Shown here: piece by piece, positions 40,800 through 50,181 of the stretch | Layout of the letters: every line of letters starts with the position of its first letter | Numbering within the stretch: the stretch's first letter is position 1 | From: an uncultured Gammaproteobacteria bacterium | GTDB taxonomy: Bacteria; Patescibacteriota; Microgenomatia; UBA10105; UBA927 | DNA length: 64,000 nucleotides | Assembly: GCA_964629685.1 (NCBI GenBank) | Contig: CAZVTT010000004.1 | Coordinates: forward strand, 76-64,075 | Direction of reading: 5' to 3' | Position numbers and translations under genes: made by a program | The notes under the pieces: generated by a model | Databases searched by the model: none | What the model was told of the DNA's origin: nothing | What the model saw: the letters and a program-made list of their open reading frames with translations, nothing else

Positions 40800-40821
40800 C
40801 AATATTATTCGTTGACACGTT

Positions 40822-41484
40822 TTAAGACACCTCTGTTATAACCGCAACGGGTTTAATATTGGGGAATTCTTCCAGCGTCTCACGATCATACAGCAAGCCA
40901 TTTGTCCCGTACTGCACGAGATAAAACGTGCTATCGGGGAATAAACCAGCCAGAAAAACGACGGTGCGCGGGTCATCATCCACATGACTTACATCGGGAT
41001 AATAATTCCGTAGTTCCGCAATTGCAGCGGCTTTACTCAAAGCCGTACGCATTCCGTCCGGAGTAAAAAAAGTACCAATTATAAATGAGTCAATACCCCC
41101 ATCGATGAGTGCCTGTTCGGACATTTCTACCCAGGGAAGCTTGCTTGATCTGCCGGTATTGCCGTAATTGTCTATGCCTTGGCTGATCGCTGCTTCCAAT
41201 GCTTGCGGTGTGAAGGGGAATATTTGGCGCCTGGCATGAAATGCGTACGAAACCTTTTCCGCTACACCCTCCAGCGGCTTGTTTATTACTTCCCGTACTA
41301 CCATCGGCATCTCGTTCCATGGATATTCATAAACTACTGACGGTCGCAGTTTGGCTTTAACTGCTGCCAATCTCCTGGTTATCCGTTCACGCCCGAACAT
41401 CGTGTCGTCATAGTCCCAGGTTCTGGCTCTAGTGGAACGATTCTCAGGGATGCTTACGGTGAGTCGGGAATGTTCCGGATTCAT
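40822..41484 (-). CDS. HAD-superfamily-like hypothetical protein
   Basis: DYDDT (motif I), TGR, K, HVDDD (motif IV). Confidence 0.55.
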   Translation of the reverse strand: MNPEHSRLTVSIPENRSTRARTWDYDDTMFGRERITRRLAAVKAKLRPSVVYEYPWNEMPMVVREVINKPLEGVAEKVSYAFHARRQIFPFTPQALEAAISQGIDNYGNTGRSSKLPWVEMSEQALIDGGIDSFIIGTFFTPDGMRTALSKAAAIAELRNYYPDVSHVDDDPRTVVFLAGLFPDSTFYLVQYGTNGLLYDRETLEEFPNIKPVAVITEVS

Positions 41485-42023
41485 ATCCCTCCATGCAAGT
41501 GTTTCCGTAGTTTTTCCACGGCAAGTCTGCGCATGCTAAAGGTTGATTTTTCCTCAGCCGACATTTCACCAAATGTTTTTGTCTGACCGTCTGGCTGAAA
41601 AATCATATCCCAGCCAAACCCGTTTTCGCCGCGTGGTGAGGTTATACTGCCGTAAACAGACCCTTCAAAAAAATGGACGCTACCTTCTTTTTCAGCATAC
41701 CCGAGTATTGTTTTTGCCTGGGCTCTGTTGTTACCGTATAGCTGCACAAGCTCTGCCAAACCGTTATTGCCCATTGTTTTTAAAAACCATTTTATGAGCG
41801 GCCCCGGCAGTCCCTGCAAACAATCGAAGTACAAAGACGTATCTTCGACAATAAATTGACCGGCATGATGCCGATACGCCTCGGTAAGCTTTGCCTGAAT
41901 AATTTTCTCTGCACTAATTTCCTGCAATTCAGGCAAATCCACATCCAGTTGTTCTACCTGCGGGATAAGTGCGTGCACTTCGTCAAATTTCCCGGCATTT
42001 CCGGTTAAAAAATACAGTTTCAT
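41481..42023 (-). CDS. rdgB: Non-canonical purine NTP pyrophosphatase (Ham1/RdgB/ITPase)
   Basis: TGNAGK, VEDTSL, GLPGP, FGWD, S.R. Confidence 0.9.
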   Translation of the reverse strand: MKLYFLTGNAGKFDEVHALIPQVEQLDVDLPELQEISAEKIIQAKLTEAYRHHAGQFIVEDTSLYFDCLQGLPGPLIKWFLKTMGNNGLAELVQLYGNNRAQAKTILGYAEKEGSVHFFEGSVYGSITSPRGENGFGWDMIFQPDGQTKTFGEMSAEEKSTFSMRRLAVEKLRKHLHGGI

Positions 42024-42106
42024 GAGATAAGTATACCTGATGAATTAAACATCGACATTCCCATTACGGCTAAGTATACTACTTCAAGAAAGCGAGGTAT
42101 CATACA

Positions 42107-42640
42107 ATGTTAACCGCACTGCAATTATTAAAAAATCAACTTAAGGAAGCCCGCGAAACATTCGAGGGAACGGTCGCGGACATTACTCCCGAACAATTGC
42201 ATCAGAATCCCGGAGGAAAAGCACTACCACTCGGCTCAGTATATGCGCATCTCTTATTCTCCGAAGATGTTATTGTTCATGGTATGTTACAGGGAAAACC
42301 TACTTTGCACGAGACAACCTGGAAAGATAAAACGGGTGCGAATATGCCCATGCCGCCTATGGATGATAAATGGTCAGCCGCACATGAAGAATGGTCACGC
42401 TCTGTGCAGATTGATTTGCCGAAACTCCGTGAATTTGCCAAAGCCGTATATGCTGACACGGACGTGTACGTAAATAGTCTGACCGATGCGGATTTAGAAA
42501 AAGAAATTGATCTGGGTTCATGGGGAAAACATACCTTAGCATCAATGTTGAGCGGCTTTGTTATTGCTCACATGAATAGCTTAACGGGAGAAATATCCGC
42601 GCTAAAAGGCATCCAAGGCGCGAAAGGCTATCCGTTTTAG
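42107..42640 (+). CDS. DinB/YfiT superfamily protein
   Basis: Helical protein with conserved His positions (YAHL, IAH), GEI..LK. Confidence 0.72.
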   Translation: MLTALQLLKNQLKEARETFEGTVADITPEQLHQNPGGKALPLGSVYAHLLFSEDVIVHGMLQGKPTLHETTWKDKTGANMPMPPMDDKWSAAHEEWSRSVQIDLPKLREFAKAVYADTDVYVNSLTDADLEKEIDLGSWGKHTLASMLSGFVIAHMNSLTGEISALKGIQGAKGYPF

Positions 42641-42672
42641 TTATACCTTTGTATAAAGCGTATAATGAGCAG

Positions 42673-43410
42673 ATGCAACCACTGATAATTGCCCATAGAG
42701 GTCATAGTCACTCCTATCCGGAAAACACCATGATTGCCTTCCGGAAAGCAGTAGAGTTAGGTGCTGACGGCATAGAACTGGATGTGCACTTTTCCCGCGA
42801 CAAAAAACTTCTGGTTCATCATTTTTACGCACTTGGGCACACGGATACGGGTAGCGGTCTATTACGCGACATGAACGCCAAAGATCTCCAATCGCTTGAT
42901 TGTGGAAGTTGGTTTAGCCAGGAATTTAAAACGGAACGTATGCCATTGCTGGAACAGGTTTTGAATACATTCCAAAAACAAACTACGTATGAGATTGAAC
43001 TGAAGGATTTCGGAAAAGAATATGCCGGTTCCGTGATATCCGTGATTCGGAACAGTGATTTACTGACTAAGGTACAATTTACGTCGTACCAATATCCATT
43101 GCTCTCATATCTCAAAAAAAATTGCCCTCAGGCATCTCTCGGGCTTATCACCCAACCAATTCCGGATTGGATGGATCGCCGTACGGCGTTAATCCAAATG
43201 AAAGCCTCACTTATGGAGGATATTATAGATGTATTTCACTGCAATATAGATGTGCTTGATGAATCGTTTGTACAGGATCTGCATAAAATGGGGGTAAAAA
43301 TTCACGCCGGAATATGTGATTCTGAAGTTCAATTGCGGAAGGCGATGGAAATAGGAGCAGATGAGTTAACTACCAATAATTTGGAATTAGCGCTTCGGAT
43401 ACTTCGTTAA
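42673..43410 (+). CDS. Glycerophosphodiester phosphodiesterase
   Basis: IAHRG, PENT, IELDV, IELK. Confidence 0.92.
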   Translation: MQPLIIAHRGHSHSYPENTMIAFRKAVELGADGIELDVHFSRDKKLLVHHFYALGHTDTGSGLLRDMNAKDLQSLDCGSWFSQEFKTERMPLLEQVLNTFQKQTTYEIELKDFGKEYAGSVISVIRNSDLLTKVQFTSYQYPLLSYLKKNCPQASLGLITQPIPDWMDRRTALIQMKASLMEDIIDVFHCNIDVLDESFVQDLHKMGVKIHAGICDSEVQLRKAMEIGADELTTNNLELALRILR

Positions 43411-44156
43411 TGCATGTGGTTGTGGGCGGTACCGGGCAAATTTACCAGCGTATTCGCAAACTCGGTAGCTACTTTCTCATTCGCTACCGCATTCGGATGA
43501 GAATCCAACCAGAGTGTTCGGGTATAACTGCGGCGTAGCATACCGTTATTATCAGCCAGAAGCCCAAACAAATCAAAGATAAAAATATTATTACTCCCGT
43601 GGGATAATTTACCTGAAGTTATCCATTTAACTAACTCTCTGGCTCTATACGCGTATTCCTCTTTGGTCAGTTCTTCACGTAGCGGGGGAGGAGTAATTAC
43701 TATAAACATGTGTTTCGAAAACTTTTTTAAAGACGCAGCAATGGTTTGATAGTACTGTTTATAGCGTTCAAATTGCTCCGGCGTCGTTATTTTCGTAGTC
43801 GGATAACAGTTTTTAAAAGCTATGATGTCATAAGAAAGAATTTCTTTAAGCGTTGTATCTTGTTCGTTTCGGGAAAAAATTTCCGCGTACTCTTTTGGAC
43901 TATTGTTACTGAGGACGATGTTATAATCGCGTCCTGTAACTATTCCGTTATTATCTGTTAAACCGGTATGATATGTGTATTTGCTGAAAAAATCAGGATA
44001 ATACCTGTACAAGTTGTAACTGTGATCCCACAACTCCAATTCCGGATTCAATTTAGCCAATTTCTCCCGAAGTTTACCTTCCTTGATAATGTTGGCGCCG
44101 GTAGAATGATGAATAAATAACACTCGGGTTACTTTATGTGCAGCGTGCGGTATCAT
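43407..44156 (-). CDS. SGNH/GDSL-like hypothetical protein
   Basis: FIHHSTG, TPPP, DLF, DSHPN. Confidence 0.6.
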   Translation of the reverse strand: MIPHAAHKVTRVLFIHHSTGANIIKEGKLREKLAKLNPELELWDHSYNLYRYYPDFFSKYTYHTGLTDNNGIVTGRDYNIVLSNNSPKEYAEIFSRNEQDTTLKEILSYDIIAFKNCYPTTKITTPEQFERYKQYYQTIAASLKKFSKHMFIVITPPPLREELTKEEYAYRARELVKWITSGKLSHGSNNIFIFDLFGLLADNNGMLRRSYTRTLWLDSHPNAVANEKVATEFANTLVNLPGTAHNHMH

Positions 44157-44791
44157 ATATTTAATGCTTCAATAATGGGAATTACCTGAGATATGTCCCC
44201 ATCTATTCTATACGTTGCAATCAAATCAATGCCACTTTTAGGATTAATGGCAACGCTGGAACCGGCGAACCCGAACATGGCTTTATCAGCAGGCGAGTCT
44301 CCGACGGCTATAGTTTCTTGAGGAGGTATATGTAACCTCTCCAATATTTTTTTAACACCTGCCACTTTAAAATCTTTATCGGGAAAGTCCGCCACCGCAA
44401 TACCTTTAATACTGTTGCCATTCATTTGCGGGGTGGTTCCGACCACATAATCTATCCCCAACAAGTTTTGGTAATACTGAAGAATAGGGAGTATATTCCC
44501 GGAGTTAAGGATCGTAACAATCTTTTTCTCATGAAGATACCTGAATAGATCCTGCACACCGGGAACTAAATAGGAATTCTGGTTTAATTTCGTTTTGATC
44601 TGGTCTACGGTAATACCCTGAAGGAAATTAATACGTGTGATAAGCGTTGTAAGGCCCTGTGACTTACCATTATGAAAATCCCGGTTTAGTTGCGCACTCT
44701 CCGTTTCCTTACCTGCCAATCCGCATACGACATCCAAGATATCCCTGGTTACTAATGTGCCGTCAAAATCCAACAACACAGCTTTAATCAT
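44153..44791 (-). CDS. HAD-IB phosphoserine phosphatase-like hydrolase
   Basis: DFDGTL, SG, K, GDSPAD. Confidence 0.85.
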   Translation of the reverse strand: MIKAVLLDFDGTLVTRDILDVVCGLAGKETESAQLNRDFHNGKSQGLTTLITRINFLQGITVDQIKTKLNQNSYLVPGVQDLFRYLHEKKIVTILNSGNILPILQYYQNLLGIDYVVGTTPQMNGNSIKGIAVADFPDKDFKVAGVKKILERLHIPPQETIAVGDSPADKAMFGFAGSSVAINPKSGIDLIATYRIDGDISQVIPIIEALNI

Positions 44792-44831
44792 GGCTTAAGT
44801 ATACCAGTATGGTTATATAAATAAATGCCGG

Positions 44832-44860
44832 TTGACTTATACCCCCTGGGGGTATATTCT
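44832..44860 (+). promoter_or_regulatory. csoR-copA promoter containing the CsoR operator
   Basis: TTGACT-17 bp-TATTCT with perfect palindrome TATACCCCC-T-GGGGGTATA (44838-44856), the TAC-C-tract/G-tract-GTA form typical of CsoR/RcnR operators. Confidence 0.88.
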
Positions 44861-44866
44861 CGATGT

Positions 44867-45139
44867 ATGAAATCACATTATGATGACGTAAAAGAAAAAG
44901 CCCAAAAAAGAATAAACATCATTAAGGGACAACTGGACGGCTTGCAGAAAATGATAGAAAAGGATGAATACTGCATTGATCTTCTTAATCAAAGTTTGGC
45001 AATACAAAACTCACTCAAGAGTTTGGATTCGGTACTCTTTGAACGGCACGTAACAACCCATGTTGTGCATCAGGTTAACAATGAAAAGGGAAAAGCAGTG
45101 GATGAATTAATAACCCTTTTTAACAGAATCAATAAATAA
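44867..45139 (+). CDS. csoR: CsoR/RcnR family metal-sensing repressor
   Basis: RINIIKGQLDGLQKMIE, YC..L..Q, H...H. Confidence 0.9.
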   Translation: MKSHYDDVKEKAQKRINIIKGQLDGLQKMIEKDEYCIDLLNQSLAIQNSLKSLDSVLFERHVTTHVVHQVNNEKGKAVDELITLFNRINK

Positions 45140-45154
45140 CCCTATTACACAGAT

Positions 45155-47446
45155 ATGGAAACACAAAAGTTTAACGTAAATGGCATGCACTGTGCCAGTT
45201 GTAGTGCGATAATTTCCAGGAAACTGAAAAAACTCCCCGGAATTGATTCCTGTGACGTAAACTATGCCACGGAAAAAGCAACCGTCACGTATGACCCGAA
45301 AAAAGTAACTCTCTCAGACATGAATGCCGAAATAACAAAGTACGGTTATGCGTTGTTAGAATCCATCACTAGAAATCAAAAGAATACTCCACATGTAAAT
45401 GATCTGAATAACACCCGGATTACCGGATCACATGAAACAAAAACCGAAAAATTAGCAGCATTACACGCCTTACGATTTAAAGTACTAGTGGGGCTACCAT
45501 TCGCCGTTATAGTTTTCGTATTAATGCTGTGGGAAATGGCGACAAATACCTTTATGAGCTTGGTGCATATACCGTTATCCATGCACTTGCTAAATTCCGT
45601 TTTGTTCGTATTTTCTGCCATAACCTTATTCTGGATCGGACAGCCCTTTATTGATGCGGTAATCCGGTTTATAAAATATCGGGTTGCAAATATGGATACG
45701 CTGGTGGGTATCGGGACGCTCACCGCCTTTGTCTACAGTACGTTAATACTGTTGTTTCCGCCGATACGCATCCTACTGAATGCGCCGGACCATACCTATT
45801 TTGATGTAACCATCGTGGTTATCGGCTTTGTTACACTGGGGAAATATCTGGAAGCCAAATCCAAAATACAAACTGGCGAAGCTATCGAAAAACTCCTAAA
45901 TCTTCAAGCCAAAACGGCACTGGTAGAGAGGAACGGAATCGAAACGGAAATTCCCGTTTCGGATGTGGTGGTAGGAGATATAGTCATTGTTAAACCGGGT
46001 GCAAAAATCCCCGTAGACGGAGTAATTCTTTCCGGAACTACCGCTATAGATGAGGCCATGGTTACCGGTGAATCGATACCGGTAGACAAAAAAAAGGGTG
46101 ACACCGTCATCGGGGCAACCATGAATAAACAAGGCAGTATCAGGTTTACCGCTACCAAAGTCGGCTCGGATACCATGCTGGCTCAGATCGTAAAACTGGT
46201 AGAAAACGCTCAGGGTTCAAAAGCGGAAATTCAAAATTTAGCCGACAGAATATCTGCAGTATTCGTACCACTGGTGCTGCTGGCTGCCGCCGTCACATTC
46301 TTGCTCTGGTTAACAATCGGTTCTTCAGCGCTCGGTTTTTCCAATGCGCTTTCATTCGGATTACTATCATTTGTCGGCATTTTAGTTATTGCTTGTCCTT
46401 GCGCACTGGGACTTGCTACCCCGACCGCTATTATTGTCGGAGTAGGAAAAGGTGCTGAGAATGGCATTCTCATAAAAAACGCCAATAGTTTGGAAAAACT
46501 GCACTCTGTAGACACGCTGATATTTGATAAAACCGGAACTATTACCGGAGGTAAGCCGCGGGTGACGGATTTAATCAGTCTAAACAGTAAAACGAATAAA
46601 ACGGAAGTACTCTCATTTGCACTTGCACTGGAGCACCACTCTCAGCATCCGTTAGCCACGGCAATCGTAGACAGCGCGAGAGAAATGAACATTAGTCCAA
46701 CACCGGTGACGGAATTTAAGGAAACTGAAGGAGTCGGAGTTGAAGGAAAGACACAGAATAAAAGTATAGCCGTCCGAAAACCTTCCGGAAAGGAAAAGAG
46801 TATCCCACAAATCAGGAAACTCGAATCCGAAGGGAAAACGGTAGTTACGGTGTTTGCCGATCAGAAATTAATAGGCGCAGTGGCGATCAGCGATACCATA
46901 AAACCAAATGCATTATCGGCCATAAAAACTATAAAAAAAATGGGAATTAAAACTATTATGATGACCGGAGATAACTCCCGCGCGGCCCGGTATATTGCCG
47001 ACCAAATCGGAATAGATCAGGTTTTCGCAAACGTACTCCCTTCGGATAAGGCAGGTGTTATTAAGAACTTACAGTCAAACGGCAACAAAGTGGCTATGGC
47101 AGGTGACGGTATAAATGATGCGCCGGCACTCACTCAGGCCGACGTAGGCATTGCTATGGCCACCGGAACGGATATAGCGATAGAGTCATCCGATATCACG
47201 CTGCTTCACGGAGACATTTTAAAAATACCGCAGGCGATAAAATTGTCACGGGCCACCATGCGAACAATAAAACAAAATCTTTTCTGGGCCTTTATTTACA
47301 ATATTATTGGCATTCCCTTAGCAGCCGGTGTGTTTTATCCTATTTGGGGAATTTTACTAAATCCGATATTTGCGGGAATGGCCATGGCGTTATCTTCGGT
47401 GTCAGTAGTCAGTAATTCGTTATTACTGAAAAAAACCAAAATCTAG
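45155..47446 (+). CDS. copA: Cu(I)-translocating P1B-type ATPase
   Basis: GMHCASC, TGES, CPC, DKTGT, HP, GDGINDAP, YN and MxxSS. Confidence 0.95.
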   Translation: METQKFNVNGMHCASCSAIISRKLKKLPGIDSCDVNYATEKATVTYDPKKVTLSDMNAEITKYGYALLESITRNQKNTPHVNDLNNTRITGSHETKTEKLAALHALRFKVLVGLPFAVIVFVLMLWEMATNTFMSLVHIPLSMHLLNSVLFVFSAITLFWIGQPFIDAVIRFIKYRVANMDTLVGIGTLTAFVYSTLILLFPPIRILLNAPDHTYFDVTIVVIGFVTLGKYLEAKSKIQTGEAIEKLLNLQAKTALVERNGIETEIPVSDVVVGDIVIVKPGAKIPVDGVILSGTTAIDEAMVTGESIPVDKKKGDTVIGATMNKQGSIRFTATKVGSDTMLAQIVKLVENAQGSKAEIQNLADRISAVFVPLVLLAAAVTFLLWLTIGSSALGFSNALSFGLLSFVGILVIACPCALGLATPTAIIVGVGKGAENGILIKNANSLEKLHSVDTLIFDKTGTITGGKPRVTDLISLNSKTNKTEVLSFALALEHHSQHPLATAIVDSAREMNISPTPVTEFKETEGVGVEGKTQNKSIAVRKPSGKEKSIPQIRKLESEGKTVVTVFADQKLIGAVAISDTIKPNALSAIKTIKKMGIKTIMMTGDNSRAARYIADQIGIDQVFANVLPSDKAGVIKNLQSNGNKVAMAGDGINDAPALTQADVGIAMATGTDIAIESSDITLLHGDILKIPQAIKLSRATMRTIKQNLFWAFIYNIIGIPLAAGVFYPIWGILLNPIFAGMAMALSSVSVVSNSLLLKKTKI

Positions 47447-47455
47447 GGTTAACCG

Positions 47456-48058
47456 TCATGTACCGAACGTTCCTGTTTTAACTTCTCCCGCGCGTTTGAA
47501 CGAGGCCACTATCACCCCGACAGGTGATACTTTTGATTCAACCAGAGTATACGCAGCAGGAATAGTACCCGAATCAAATAAGCGTTTTCCTTTACCCAAA
47601 ACCACCGGAAATATCTTTAACCAGAATTCATCTACCAAATCATGTTGCAATAATGTCTGAATTAACGTCGCACTGCCGTGTACCTGAATATCCGGTCCGT
47701 CTTGTTGTTTAAGCTTTTGTATTTGTTCTTCGACATTACCGTTCAAAAAAACGGTATTAGTCCAAGAGTGTTTTGTCTGTGTATTGGAAACGACGTATTT
47801 CGTCAACGAATTAATTCCCGGCCATTCATGTTCATGCTGCGGCCAATAACCGGCAAATATTTCAAATGTTTTTCTCCCTAACAGCAACTCCATGGGCCTC
47901 GTCATCTGCCCGGTCATGACGTTCCCCAAAAAATCGTCAAAATAGGGGACTGTCCACCCACCGTACTTAAAATCGCCGCTGGTATCTTCTTCAGGTCCAC
48001 CCGGCGCCTGCATCACACCATCCAAAGTAATAAAAGAAAGCACAATTAATTTTCGCAT
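47456..48058 (-). CDS. Dihydrofolate reductase family protein (RibD C-terminal-like)
   Basis: ITLDGVMQAPGG, LLGRKT, GS..L, PVVLGKGKRLF. Confidence 0.9.
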   Translation of the reverse strand: MRKLIVLSFITLDGVMQAPGGPEEDTSGDFKYGGWTVPYFDDFLGNVMTGQMTRPMELLLGRKTFEIFAGYWPQHEHEWPGINSLTKYVVSNTQTKHSWTNTVFLNGNVEEQIQKLKQQDGPDIQVHGSATLIQTLLQHDLVDEFWLKIFPVVLGKGKRLFDSGTIPAAYTLVESKVSPVGVIVASFKRAGEVKTGTFGT

Positions 48059-48119
48059 AATCGTATAATACCCAGTCCCAGTATATTTTGAAAGACATTA
48101 ATGTAAGATATATAACAAA

Positions 48120-48731
48120 TTACACCAACTTTTTCCGAAGCGGCCTCCTAAGCATAATTACCGAAGAAATTAATACCCACAATAAGAATATTCCGATGGG
48201 TATTCGTTCAAAAAGCCCGGCATATGGACTAAGTACGTTCGCTGCAGCGATCGGACCGGATAAAACAAATAAAATTCCGGCTATTAGAGATATTTTTGCG
48301 AATAAACGCAAATGAGTATTCCTATATCCAAACCAAAACATAAACCCACTGAGAACGGTTAACAATGAAACGATGGATACTATTCCAATGTGAATAATGC
48401 CGGTAGCAGTAATTTCAGTTCCTCTGGTATTAATCGGAAACCAGGCGATAAGTAATCCCAGTAGACCGATAAGCATAATACACAGAGCACCTACTTGAGA
48501 AAGCATAGTATTACGTATTTTGTATAACCCGTATCCGAAAAACGTAATCAGTATATTGTAGATAAAGAATATATTCATAAAGCCGCGGATGGGAGAGTGT
48601 GTGGATGTAAGCTGACTAATATCCTGAGAAATATGTGAGTACCCGGGGTAGAGAATACCGCCTAAAGTTACCGCAAAAATATATACCATCACGGCGCAGA
48701 TTCCCGCATACCAATGGTATTTATTTCCCAT
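48120..48731 (-). CDS. DUF998 membrane protein
   Basis: PGYSHISQDISQL, H in TM, GLFER. Confidence 0.8.
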   Translation of the reverse strand: MGNKYHWYAGICAVMVYIFAVTLGGILYPGYSHISQDISQLTSTHSPIRGFMNIFFIYNILITFFGYGLYKIRNTMLSQVGALCIMLIGLLGLLIAWFPINTRGTEITATGIIHIGIVSIVSLLTVLSGFMFWFGYRNTHLRLFAKISLIAGILFVLSGPIAAANVLSPYAGLFERIPIGIFLLWVLISSVIMLRRPLRKKLV

Positions 48732-48837
48732 ACACACAGTGTACAACAGCGTTGTGAATTGCACATTGAGGTATGAGACCGAATCAGAATGAAATAACAA
48801 AGATTACCGTATGTTGTGATTATATTGGCGATTATTC

Positions 48838-49746
48838 TTACAGAGTAATTTCATTGAGCAGTTCCGCGTTTGCAAGATATATGTCCTTAGACTCGTGTTC
48901 ATCTTCTAAAAACCATAGCAGAGAAATAACCGCACACGCGAAAGCCCAAGCAAGAATTCTATCCGTTTCAAAATTCAGTTCTTCGGAAAACTGAAGTATT
49001 CTGCGTATTTCCAACTTTTTGTATTCCGAGTTTTTGGGGAAATCAAACAAAGGGTTTCGGAGAAAAGCACCCAACTCGAATGTTCTTTCTCCGATAAGTC
49101 CTTTCGGATCGATAACAAGCCATCCCCGTTCGGAGGATAGAATATTGTCATTATGTAAGTCTCCATGGAGTAAAACCAATTCTTTGTTATCGTTCACCAG
49201 CTCACGAAAAATTCCCTTCGCTTTATCAAACATCCATTTAGGAACCGGGCCGGAACTCAGAGAATTTTTCTCTTTATACCGATCAAACGCTTTCGCCCAA
49301 TCGGAGATTGTCGGAAATAACGAAGCCTGTGTGTTTGAAATAGGCTTATGCAATTCCCGTAGTACATTAGAAACTATTGAAATCTGTTTTTCATCCGGCA
49401 TGACATCGTGAACTCTGGTTCCCGGTTCAGCCTTTTCCAAAAGCATAGCTCCGTTTTCTATATCCGCTTGCAATACATTTATCGACCCGTGTCCGCGGTA
49501 AAATCGAAGAGCCTCAAATTCTAAAGGGAATTCTTGATTTTCCGGAAAGCTAAGTTTCAATACCACATTTTTTCCCGTATGGGTTTTAGCCGGTGCCACA
49601 TAGTTATATGAAAGCGGAAAAGGGGGAAAGCAGGATATTTCCCATTTGTGTTCGTACCGTTTAATAATTTCCGGCAAATTATTTAGCCACTGTTTACCGT
49701 GATCACCTCTCAGCGCAATAATTTTACGAATGAACTGTTCGTCCAT
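48838..49746 (-). CDS. APH(6)/hydroxyurea-resistance family aminoglycoside phosphotransferase-like kinase
   Basis: G..WL..LP, VLK, LLHGDLHNDNIL, WLVIDPKG. Confidence 0.82.
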   Translation of the reverse strand: MDEQFIRKIIALRGDHGKQWLNNLPEIIKRYEHKWEISCFPPFPLSYNYVAPAKTHTGKNVVLKLSFPENQEFPLEFEALRFYRGHGSINVLQADIENGAMLLEKAEPGTRVHDVMPDEKQISIVSNVLRELHKPISNTQASLFPTISDWAKAFDRYKEKNSLSSGPVPKWMFDKAKGIFRELVNDNKELVLLHGDLHNDNILSSERGWLVIDPKGLIGERTFELGAFLRNPLFDFPKNSEYKKLEIRRILQFSEELNFETDRILAWAFACAVISLLWFLEDEHESKDIYLANAELLNEITL

Positions 49747-49812
49747 AGGGGAAGTATATCAGAGGTTCTAAAATTGCAGTAAATTTATTCAATCAATATC
49801 ACGGATACGTCT

Positions 49813-49888
49813 TGGCTGCCGGGCTAGGATTCGAACCTAGAGTCGCGCTGATCCAAAGTCAGGCGTGTTACCGTTACACCACCCGGCA
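49813..49888 (-). tRNA. tRNA-Gln (TTG)
   Basis: TGCCGGG/CCCGGCA acceptor stem, CT-TTG-GA loop, GGTTCGAATCC, CCA encoded. Confidence 0.93.
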
Positions 49889-49889
49889 A

Positions 49890-50132
49890 TTATATTCGTC
49901 GTTTTAAATATGCTCGTCCGTAACCAGTTTTAAGCTGCTTCTCTCGTAAGACGGCCTTACTACTGTCTAAACAGGCTTCATAATAAATTAATTTAAACGG
50001 TAATCGATTCTGAGTCGAAATTACCTTTCCTAAATTATGCTCTGAAAGTCGCTTTTCGAGATCAGATGTAAACCCAATATAAAGTTCATTATCAATCGTA
50101 CTACGTAAAACGTAAGTATAGTAGAACTTCAT
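49890..50132 (-). CDS. Small standalone GIY-YIG nuclease (80 aa)
   Basis: YTYVL...LYIG.T.DL.KRL.EHN...IYYE...A..REKQLK; start at MKFYY. Confidence 0.9.
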   Translation of the reverse strand: MKFYYTYVLRSTIDNELYIGFTSDLEKRLSEHNLGKVISTQNRLPFKLIYYEACLDSSKAVLREKQLKTGYGRAYLKRRI

Positions 50133-50145
50133 ACTTAATACACCA

Positions 50146-50181
50146 CCTGCCCGCAATGCTACGCATAGCGTTGCAGGCGGG
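50146..50181. repeat. 36-bp REP-like imperfect palindrome
   Basis: CCTGCCCGCAATGCTA-CGCA-TAGCGTTGCAGGCGGG; 16-nt arms with 3 non-Watson-Crick positions. Confidence 0.8.
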
